Assembly (NCBI RefSeq): GCF_017304615.1
Contig: NZ_JAFKLZ010000001.1
Location: forward strand, 1,450,570 to 1,514,569
From: Sphingomonas sp.
GTDB taxonomy: Bacteria; Pseudomonadota; Alphaproteobacteria; Sphingomonadales; Sphingomonadaceae
Direction: 5' to 3'
DNA: 64,000 nt
Within the stretch, counting starts at the first letter, position 1. Each line of letters starts with the position of its first letter. The notes under the pieces are model-generated. The model was not told where the DNA came from. It searched no databases and saw only the letters and a program-made list of their open reading frames with translations. A program made the translations under genes and the position numbers. This document shows positions 57,599 through 64,000 of the stretch, piece by piece.

Positions 57599-58441
57599 CT
57601 AATAATACATATCACTCGCAAACATGTTCAGATGGGTATCACGCTTCTCGTCGTTGCTCACGCCATGGCAATTCCAGAACTGTCCGCTGATCGACGTTCG
57701 ATCAGCCTCGGTTTCTGATACGTTGTAATGTCGGTCCGCCTCAATACGAAAGCCGAACCGAAAACGAGCAGCTAGGTAGCAGTATGGCTTATGATGGCCT
57801 CCTGTCTCCGGTTTTGCGTGGCGTTCATTTCCATACACAAAGAACTTTTTATCGTCGTCAACTGCGTAGCGGGTGCCATAAGAGCTTTGACGCCTAGGAC
57901 GGACTCGCTTCCTTAATGAAAGCAACTGTTTGTCAACTAAATTGTTAAAGTCTGGTCGTAACGTTTCTGCCGAGCACAGCCTCTTGAGTTCGCTCAAATC
58001 ATTACCTGCGAAGTTTCTGAATGGAAGACTCAACAGTTTAACGTCGCTTGCTTGTTCAAATTTCCATGCCAAATGGCTAAAGGCTCGCAATCCTGTTGCT
58101 ATGCTTTTGTGAAAAAAGTTAAGGGGACTCCCGCCCAGCAACCCAAAGTCAATTGGCACGGGAAACATTATATTAGTAACATTTTCAGTTAAATGCTGCC
58201 ATCTCAAATCAATAAGAAGAATGCATTTCTCTGCATCTAAAGTCTCTTCAATGAGGAAGTTTTCCAATCCCTCAATTGAGGGACCATCATGTGGTATATA
58301 GCTGGACGCCGCGAGGGAAACGCGATGCGAGGCATAATAGCCTCTATTGAGCACTTCTTTGGGCGCAACATTATCCTTTAACCTACCGAAGAAACTCGAT
58401 AGATCACGGTCAGGCGAAATCAAACAGACTCGTAGATTCAT
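57599..58441 (-). CDS. 280-aa protein of unknown family (downstream gene of the low-GC cassette)
   Basis: ATGA overlap with the upstream gene. No TM segment and no signal peptide. The C-terminus has FRFGFRIEADRHYNV (238-241 HYNV) and DTHLNMF (270-273 HLNM). I recognise no family. Confidence 0.7.
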   Translation of the reverse strand: MNLRVCLISPDRDLSSFFGRLKDNVAPKEVLNRGYYASHRVSLAASSYIPHDGPSIEGLENFLIEETLDAEKCILLIDLRWQHLTENVTNIMFPVPIDFGLLGGSPLNFFHKSIATGLRAFSHLAWKFEQASDVKLLSLPFRNFAGNDLSELKRLCSAETLRPDFNNLVDKQLLSLRKRVRPRRQSSYGTRYAVDDDKKFFVYGNERHAKPETGGHHKPYCYLAARFRFGFRIEADRHYNVSETEADRTSISGQFWNCHGVSNDEKRDTHLNMFASDMYY

Positions 58442-58866
58442 CGGCGCGTGAGAGCAGCAAGCACCTTTGTCGGAATAATGACTTGTTCGACTAAGTCATC
58501 GGGCAAGCTAGCTATAGCCCTAAAAAATTGTATTAGGACAACTTCATTAGACGACTTAGTAATACGTGGCAAACGCCTTTCGCTATCCGAATGGGCATCG
58601 TCGGCGGTATAAGCAAATTCAGCTTCCGGAGGGATTACCCCAATCTTAGGTTTTTGTATTGGATGCTCCACAACTTTAACCACACCCTGCTCTTCGAGCC
58701 GCTTGGCAAATGTTTTTAGGCGCTCTTCTCCAATTACATCTTTGTAATTTTTTCCGTCTTTGCGTAAATCAGTGGCGATTGAGGTTAGCAAATAAGGGGC
58801 CTCATAGCTTTCCCACTGCTCCTTTGTCTTTGCCGAAATGTAGGAGACAAGCTCATCTTCGGTCAC
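58438..58866 (-). CDS. 142-aa protein of unknown family (upstream gene of the low-GC cassette)
   Basis: GTG 58866 sits 8 nt downstream of AAGGAG. Soluble, with a charged N-terminal roughly 75 aa that may be HTH-like (my inference only). Confidence 0.7.
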   Translation of the reverse strand: MTEDELVSYISAKTKEQWESYEAPYLLTSIATDLRKDGKNYKDVIGEERLKTFAKRLEEQGVVKVVEHPIQKPKIGVIPPEAEFAYTADDAHSDSERRLPRITKSSNEVVLIQFFRAIASLPDDLVEQVIIPTKVLAALTRR

Positions 58867-58974
58867 GTATGCTCTCCTTCAGGCACAGCCTTTGGCCCGC
58901 ATGGCATCGACTATAAGGCACAGACGATAACGAACTAACTCAAGCAGGGCTAGGTCTGCCATATGGTGAGCCCG

Positions 58975-58987
58975 CTTGGTGCGTTTG
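58975..58987 (+). repeat. IRR-like 13-mer CTTGGTGCGTTTG, copy 1
   Basis: Same orientation as the inner part of the right terminal repeat (CGTGGTGCGTTTG, 60333-60345). Confidence 0.7.
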
Positions 58988-59043
58988 TCGCTAATTCCGG
59001 ATCAATCGGGCCTCGGCTATGAGGCACTAAGAGGAGACCGCGA

Positions 59044-59220
59044 ATGGATTATCAGATAGGCGATACGGTGATACTCAAATCCGGCGGTGAGATCATGACC
59101 GTCGAAAGCGTGGAAGGTGGGAGCATCGATTGCGTATGGTTTAACGGCAAGAAGGTCGAGCGGTCATCGTTTGACCCAAGAACGCTAAAGCCATTTGAGA
59201 ACACCTTTGGCGGCTTCTAG
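59044..59220 (+). CDS. DUF2158 (YodC-like) small protein, 58 aa
   Basis: Not in the track because it is under 60 aa. MDYQIGDTVILKSGGEIMTVESVEGGSIDCVWFNGKKVERSSFDPRTLKPF matches the remembered DUF2158 pattern (GD.V.LKSGGP.MTV...C.WF). RBS GGAG. Confidence 0.7.
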   Translation: MDYQIGDTVILKSGGEIMTVESVEGGSIDCVWFNGKKVERSSFDPRTLKPFENTFGGF

Positions 59221-59233
59221 CGACCGCGCACCA

Positions 59234-59246
59234 CTTGGTGCGTTTG
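59234..59246 (+). repeat. IRR-like 13-mer CTTGGTGCGTTTG, copy 2
   Basis: Exact repeat of 58975-58987. The two copies bracket the DUF2158 gene. Confidence 0.7.
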
Positions 59247-59381
59247 CTGGAATAGACCGTCTGGCCCATTTGCGCATTTGCACTACTACACTGAGAATGT
59301 AGCTTGCTGGTGGACGACACCGGAGCTTTTGACCGTTTCGGAATTAAGTAACGGTCCGGCGGCGGTCGAGGATCGCTATGG

Positions 59382-59891
59382 TTAGAAGTTCTGCCAAAGG
59401 GGTCGCTCCATCACCTCACCAGCCAACATTTTTCGCACGACCTCCAATTGCTGGCCCAAAAACTCTACCAGCATATCTCGCTCATCCACAGTCGCTTCTC
59501 GGTCGCCCACGGTTTCAGCCATATTTTCAAAGACGAGGCGAACGGCAAGCAAAACAGCGTTCAGAGCAACAAGGTGCCGCGCCAGCGATCGGCTGCCTTG
59601 GTCATCTAATTCATAAATTGGAAAACGAGCAATCTCATCAATAACGCCGCCAACCGCTAACGCTCCGCCACGGAGGGGCAGTGAGAGAGGAAGAAAGTTA
59701 GGCGTTGTGTGGTAGCTCTCGATGACTTCGTAACCGTGAGACAGCAACCTAGCAGCCGCCTTCTTTAGCTGGCGCTTGTGATACCAAATCGGAATGAACG
59801 CAGTTAGATAGGTTACAACAAGAGCCAGCATCGCGCCGGCGAACTGAGCCCATCCGGCGAGCTTATCATGGGCCTCTAACCACGAAACCAT
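59382..59891 (-). CDS. hypothetical protein with one N-terminal TM helix, cargo
   Basis: ATG preceded by AGGAG. WAQFAGAMLALVVTYLTAFIPIWY, then a soluble helical domain. Confidence 0.55.
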   Translation of the reverse strand: MVSWLEAHDKLAGWAQFAGAMLALVVTYLTAFIPIWYHKRQLKKAAARLLSHGYEVIESYHTTPNFLPLSLPLRGGALAVGGVIDEIARFPIYELDDQGSRSLARHLVALNAVLLAVRLVFENMAETVGDREATVDERDMLVEFLGQQLEVVRKMLAGEVMERPLWQNF

Positions 59892-59954
59892 TCCGCCGCT
59901 CCTGTAAGATAGAGAATTTAGACTGCGATCCGCTGCAAATTGAAAGGTTATCGA

Positions 59955-60311
59955 ATGAAGCGCGACATGGACAAGGTGCGCGGCGTGATGTTGGCACTGG
60001 AAGCAAAGACCGGTCCCTTCGTCCTAACTTACGACACGCCATCTATGGGCGGAACTGACGACGGAGCCGAGACCGTCGAGTATATTGTGTTGCTTCATTC
60101 GGGCGGGTTCTTGGAAAGCACCCAGCGCAACGTTTATCGCCTATCTTGGGCAGGACACGAGTTTCTCGACAGCGTGCGCGATCCCGAGATTTGGCGGCAG
60201 ACGAAAGACGGAGCGGCCAAGATCGGCTCGTGGTCGATCACTTTGCTCGGAGAATTGGCGAAGGGCTTCCTCCGCGCGAAGGCAGCGTCCTTGGGACTAC
60301 CGATCGGCTGA
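59955..60311 (+). CDS. DUF2513 family protein (winged-helix-like), cargo
   Basis: MKRDMDKVRGVMLALEAK...LSWAGHEFLDSVRDPEIW matches my memory of DUF2513. Confidence 0.65.
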   Translation: MKRDMDKVRGVMLALEAKTGPFVLTYDTPSMGGTDDGAETVEYIVLLHSGGFLESTQRNVYRLSWAGHEFLDSVRDPEIWRQTKDGAAKIGSWSITLLGELAKGFLRAKAASLGLPIG

Positions 60312-60335
60312 CTGGCTCAACCTGATCAAGTTCGT

Positions 60336-60358
60336 GGTGCGTTTGCGCCATAATACCG
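60336..60358 (-). repeat. right terminal inverted repeat (IRR)
   Basis: See IRL. Followed by the 8-bp direct repeat CAATCACC at 60359-60366. Confidence 0.85.
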
Positions 60359-60426
60359 CAATCACCCAGCAATCGAGTTTGCGGCGAAATCCGCAAGGCG
60401 CTGCATGTCGCGTTCCCGGGCTGTCG

Positions 60427-61461
60427 CTACATCGCCCAGTGGCGTTTGATCGTAGCCTGGTCGAGCCGCAGGAAGCGCGCCGCATTATTGTAAAGAATGT
60501 CGCGCTTTTGAGCGCGCGACAGGAACGGCGCCTGTTCGATCGCCTCAATCGATCGCTCGATCGCTTCGGGCCAGACCATCTGGTCCGAGCCGAACATGAC
60601 GCGGTTGCCAAAGCCGGCATCGACCAGCGCTTTGAGATAACGGTAAAACGCAGCACGCGGCTGGGTATAAGCGATCACGCCGGTATCCACATAAACCTGT
60701 GGATGCGCGTAGAGAAACGCCAGCGTGTCATCCAGCATCGGATAGCCGGCGTGCATGAGGTTGAGGCGCAGCTTCGGATGCCGCACCAGCACATCTTCGA
60801 GCAACAGCGGGCTGCTCATTCGAGCGCGATAGCCCATGCCGGGAAGATACGGGGTCCCCGGGGGACCGGGGCCAATATGCAGCGATACCGGAAGGTCCAA
60901 CGCCTCCGCCATCGACCATAACGGTTCAAGCTTGGGGCTGTCGGGCGAGATCCCGGCATATTGGGTTCCGATTTCGCCGATGACGGCGATGTCGCCGGCC
61001 TTCTTCGCCGCGGCAAAGGCGGCCAGCATTGCCGGACCATCCGAAAAGTCATCGAAACTGGGAGACAGCCCCGGCAGGATACGTTCCGGCGCCAGCTTGC
61101 GCCACGCGGCCACCGCGCTCTGGCGATCGTTGACCACGCCGATGATATTGCGCCGCTCCATGATCGCGATCGATCGGCGCATAATCTCGCCGTCGGTCGT
61201 CGGAGACCAGATCGGATCGCGACACGTCGGATGCTTGAAGAAGTAGATCAATGCCTCCGGCCAGGAGGTCTTCTGGTCCCAGACCGGCATTGGATAGAGG
61301 GGCGTGCACATCGCCAGCGGCGGTGGCCCCTGCTCGTCAGCGGCGGATGCGTGCAGATGCATGTCGATAATCGGCTCCCGGGCAGAAGCGCCGGAGGGTG
61401 CGGTCGTGATGAAGGCCAACACAAAAGCTGCCACGACCAACAACCGATTTTCCCGGGCCAT
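60427..61461 (-). CDS. secreted amidohydrolase-family (amidohydrolase 2 / TIM-barrel metal hydrolase) protein
   Basis: Signal peptide MARENRLLVVAAFVLAFITTAPSGASA. IDMHLHA metal-binding HxH motif. Confidence 0.7.
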   Translation of the reverse strand: MARENRLLVVAAFVLAFITTAPSGASAREPIIDMHLHASAADEQGPPPLAMCTPLYPMPVWDQKTSWPEALIYFFKHPTCRDPIWSPTTDGEIMRRSIAIMERRNIIGVVNDRQSAVAAWRKLAPERILPGLSPSFDDFSDGPAMLAAFAAAKKAGDIAVIGEIGTQYAGISPDSPKLEPLWSMAEALDLPVSLHIGPGPPGTPYLPGMGYRARMSSPLLLEDVLVRHPKLRLNLMHAGYPMLDDTLAFLYAHPQVYVDTGVIAYTQPRAAFYRYLKALVDAGFGNRVMFGSDQMVWPEAIERSIEAIEQAPFLSRAQKRDILYNNAARFLRLDQATIKRHWAM

Positions 61462-61607
61462 TATTTACGTCTCCGCTGAATCGATTGAATTCGAAGAAGC
61501 GCTTAGAAGGCGGGCAGGAAGACGACAAGTAGCGCGCGACTATCCAAACGGGATACGCGACAGCTTTCACTAAAAGCGCGAACCGGGTTCCAACGGGCGA
61601 AAACTAC

Positions 61608-62639
61608 CTATCGAAAGCGCGGCGCGGGCGCGGGTTGCAGGACGCCGTCGATCTCGACGAAGGTGCGCCGCGCGACATTGTGCGGGTGCGACGCGGCCTC
61701 CGCCATCGACAATACGGGCGCGAAGCAAACGTCGGTGCCTTCCATCAGCGCGCACCATTCATCGCGCGTCTTCGACTTGAAGATCGCGGTCAGCCGCTCC
61801 TTTTGCGCCGGCCATTGCGCACGGTCGAACTGGCCGTCGAACAGTGGGTCGCTTGCGATGCCCAACTTGTCGCGGAGCAGCGCATAAAATTGCGGTTCGA
61901 TCGATCCGATGGCGACGTACCCGCCGTCCGCCGTCTCATAGGTGTCGTAGAACGGCGCGCCCGTATCCAGCAGGTTTGTGCCCTTCGCGTCGGCCCACAT
62001 GCCGGTTGCGCGGAACCCCCACATCATCGCCATCAGCAACGCCGAGCCGTCGGTCATCGCGCAGTCGATCACTTGGCCCGGCGCACCGTTCCTGACCGCG
62101 AGCAACCCGCTGACCATGCCGAACGCCAGCATCATCGCCCCGCCGCCGAAATCGCCGACGAGATTGATCGGCGGCACCGGCTTCTCACCCGCCCGCCCGA
62201 TCGCGCCGAGCACGCCCGACAGCGCGATGTAATTGATGTCGTGCCCGGCGGCGGCGGCATACGGGCCGTCCTGCCCCCAGCCGGTCATACGGCCGATCAC
62301 CAGCTTTGGATTGTCAGCCAGCAGCACATCCGGCCCGATCCCCAGCCTTTCGATGACCCCCGGCCTAAATCCCTCGATCAGGCCGTCGGCGGTCTTCACC
62401 AGGTCGCGGAGCTTCGCGATGTCATCCGGCGACTTGAGATCGAGTTCGACATTGGTCCGCCCGCGCAGCAGCGGGTCGGCGGTCTTGCGAGTCGTTGGAC
62501 TACGCGGATCGCCCGCCTTGCCCGGCCGATCGACGCGGATCACCTCCGCGCCATGATCGGCCAGCATCATCCCGCAGAACGGCCCCGGCCCGATCCCGGC
62601 GAGCTCGACGATGCGAATGCCGGTCAGCGGCCCCGGCAT
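61608..62639 (-). CDS. CaiB/BaiF family III CoA-transferase / alpha-methylacyl-CoA racemase-like
   Basis: ATG 62639 gives MPGPLTGIRIVELAGIGPGPFCGMMLADHGAEVIRVDRP. Confidence 0.85.
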   Translation of the reverse strand: MPGPLTGIRIVELAGIGPGPFCGMMLADHGAEVIRVDRPGKAGDPRSPTTRKTADPLLRGRTNVELDLKSPDDIAKLRDLVKTADGLIEGFRPGVIERLGIGPDVLLADNPKLVIGRMTGWGQDGPYAAAAGHDINYIALSGVLGAIGRAGEKPVPPINLVGDFGGGAMMLAFGMVSGLLAVRNGAPGQVIDCAMTDGSALLMAMMWGFRATGMWADAKGTNLLDTGAPFYDTYETADGGYVAIGSIEPQFYALLRDKLGIASDPLFDGQFDRAQWPAQKERLTAIFKSKTRDEWCALMEGTDVCFAPVLSMAEAASHPHNVARRTFVEIDGVLQPAPAPRFR

Positions 62640-62640
62640 G

Positions 62641-63423
62641 TCAGCGCGGCGCCATCCTGATCGCGCCGTCGAGGCGGACGTCCTCACCGTTGAAATAACC
62701 GTTCTCGATCATCGTCAGCGCGAGGTGAGCATATTCGGGCGGATTGCCGAGCCGCTTCGGGAACGGCACCGACGCGGCCAGCGCATCCTTCACGTTCTGC
62801 GGCGCGCCCTGCATCAGCGGCGTCTCGAAAATGCCCGGCAGGATCGTGTTGATACGGATGCCCTCGCCCATCAGGTCGCGCGCGATCGGGAGTGTCATGC
62901 CGACCACGCCGCCCTTCGACGCCGAATAGGCCGCCTGGCCGATCTGGCCGTCCTCTGCCGCGACCGATGCGGTCATCACCATCGCGCCGCGCTCGCCATC
63001 CTCCAGCGGATCGAGCGTCAGCATCCCCGCCGCCGACTTGGCAACGCAGCGGAAGGTGCCGATCAGATTGATCTGGATGAGCCAGTCGAACGCCTGGAGG
63101 CTGAAATGCTTGATGCTGCCGTCTTCCTTGGATCGGCTGGCGGTCTTCATCGCATTGCCGGTGCCGGCACAGCACACCAGCACACGCTCCTGCCCATGCG
63201 CGGCGCGCGCCTTGGCGAAGCCGGCATCGACGCTGTCGTCGCTAGTCACGTTGACCTCGCAAAAGACGCCGCCGATCTCCGCCGCGACCGCTTCGCCTTT
63301 CTCCGCCTGCATGTCGAAGATCGCGACTTTGACACCCTTCGCCGCAAGCGCACGCGCGGTTGCCGCGCCGAGCCCCGACGCGCCGCCGGTGACGACCGCG
63401 GCCACCGAATTGTCCAGCTTCAT
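62641..63423 (-). CDS. SDR, 3-hydroxyacyl-CoA dehydrogenase type-2-like
   Basis: VTGGASGLG cofactor motif and YSASKGGV catalytic motif. Confidence 0.85.
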   Translation of the reverse strand: MKLDNSVAAVVTGGASGLGAATARALAAKGVKVAIFDMQAEKGEAVAAEIGGVFCEVNVTSDDSVDAGFAKARAAHGQERVLVCCAGTGNAMKTASRSKEDGSIKHFSLQAFDWLIQINLIGTFRCVAKSAAGMLTLDPLEDGERGAMVMTASVAAEDGQIGQAAYSASKGGVVGMTLPIARDLMGEGIRINTILPGIFETPLMQGAPQNVKDALAASVPFPKRLGNPPEYAHLALTMIENGYFNGEDVRLDGAIRMAPR

Positions 63424-63435
63424 GATATCTCTCCC

Positions 63436-64000
63436 TTACAGCCGCTCGACGATCGTGACGTTGGCGATCCCGCCGCCTTCGCACATCGTCTGCAGGCCCC
63501 ATTTCTTGTCGCGCGCCTTCAGCGCGTGGAGCAAGGTCGTCATCAGCTTCGTGCCGCTTGCGCCGAGCGGATGGCCGAGCGCGATCGCACCGCCATTGAC
63601 GTTGAGCTTCGCATGGTCCGCGCCGATCACGCGGAGCCACGCCAGCGGCACTGGCGCGAACGCTTCGTTCACTTCGTAGAGATCGATGTCCTCGATCTTC
63701 ATGCCCGCCCGCTGGAGCGCACGCTGCGTCGCGGGGAGCGGCTCCTCGAGCATGATCACCGGGTCGCCTGCCGTGACGGTCAAATTGTGGATGCGGGCCA
63801 GCGGCGTCAGGCCGTGGTCCTTCAGCGCGCGTTCGCTGACGATCAGCACGCCCGACGACCCGTCGCAGATCTGGCTGGCCGACGCCGCGGTCAGCACGCT
63901 GCCCTCGCCAAGCGGTTTCACCGCGCCCATCGACTCCATGGTCGCGTCGTAGCGGATGCCCTCGTCCTTGGTATGAAGGACGATGTTGCCCTGTTCATCA
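63436..64000 (-). CDS. acetyl-CoA acetyltransferase/thiolase, C-terminal part (5' end beyond the window)
   Basis: NVNGGAIALGHPLGASG and CEGGGIANV thiolase signatures. The frame stays open to the window edge. Confidence 0.85.
   Translation of the reverse strand, partial: DEQGNIVLHTKDEGIRYDATMESMGAVKPLGEGSVLTAASASQICDGSSGVLIVSERALKDHGLTPLARIHNLTVTAGDPVIMLEEPLPATQRALQRAGMKIEDIDLYEVNEAFAPVPLAWLRVIGADHAKLNVNGGAIALGHPLGASGTKLMTTLLHALKARDKKWGLQTMCEGGGIANVTIVERL

Larger units (their letters stand above)
54720..60358 (+). mobile_element. 5,639-bp IS1595-family-type cargo transposon (IS with passenger genes)
   Basis: Terminal inverted repeats CGGTATTATGGCGCAA are 16/16 identical (21/23 over 23 nt). 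They are flanked by the 8-bp direct repeat CAATCACC. One IS1595-type transposase. GC is lower than in the flanks. Confidence 0.75.

Overview
This is a high-GC chromosomal segment. From gene content alone it looks like a sphingomonad-type alphaproteobacterium: several TonB-dependent receptors, aroA-cmk-rpsA-ihfB synteny, and a TIGR02300 FYDLN-acid gene. That assignment is inference. All calls rest on reading the sequence and ORF track and on remembered family motifs; no searches were run. Many long ORFs in the six-frame track are GC-bias artefacts, either antisense or out-of-frame (for example the 617-aa ORF antisense to rpsA). I kept about 70 CDS, 3 tRNAs, 2 clear pseudogenes, 1 chimeric ORF, 1 cargo-carrying IS-type transposon and several repeats. 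There is no rRNA and no CRISPR.

Layout:
- 1-13.1 kb: one long minus-strand operon with start/stop overlaps. It runs TonB receptor, alpha/beta-hydrolase, two GH1 beta-glucosidases, two HSL-type esterases, MFS, trehalase, second alpha/beta-hydrolase. A divergent LacI regulator sits upstream.
- 13.2-22 kb: LysR plus glycerate kinase plus MFS, divergent from TonB receptor plus GH63-like hydrolase plus serine hydrolase.
- 22.1-26.6 kb: a gene-decay zone abutting the 3' end of tRNA-Ala. It holds a frameshifted, nonsense-mutated and truncated LysR, a TonB-receptor stump, an SDR/desaturase chimera, an octanucleotide repeat inside a CDS, and 1.1 kb with no convincing gene.
- 26.7-54.6 kb: mostly core genes (aroA, cmk, rpsA, ihfB, nadC, nadA, grxD, bolA, leuCD, purSQ, yhhQ), with a BlaI/BlaR1-like pair, RNase T2, PPK2, vapBC and two copies of a nested-palindrome REP-like element.
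- 54.7-60.4 kb: a 5.6-kb element bounded by 16-bp perfect inverted repeats and 8-bp direct repeats, inserted at the CCA end of tRNA-Arg. It carries an IS1595-type transposase and eight cargo ORFs.
- 60.4-64 kb: amidohydrolase and CoA/lipid metabolism genes.

The best candidate for an undescribed system is a low-GC, translationally coupled two-gene cassette (57599-58866) among the cargo ORFs, in which I recognise no family.
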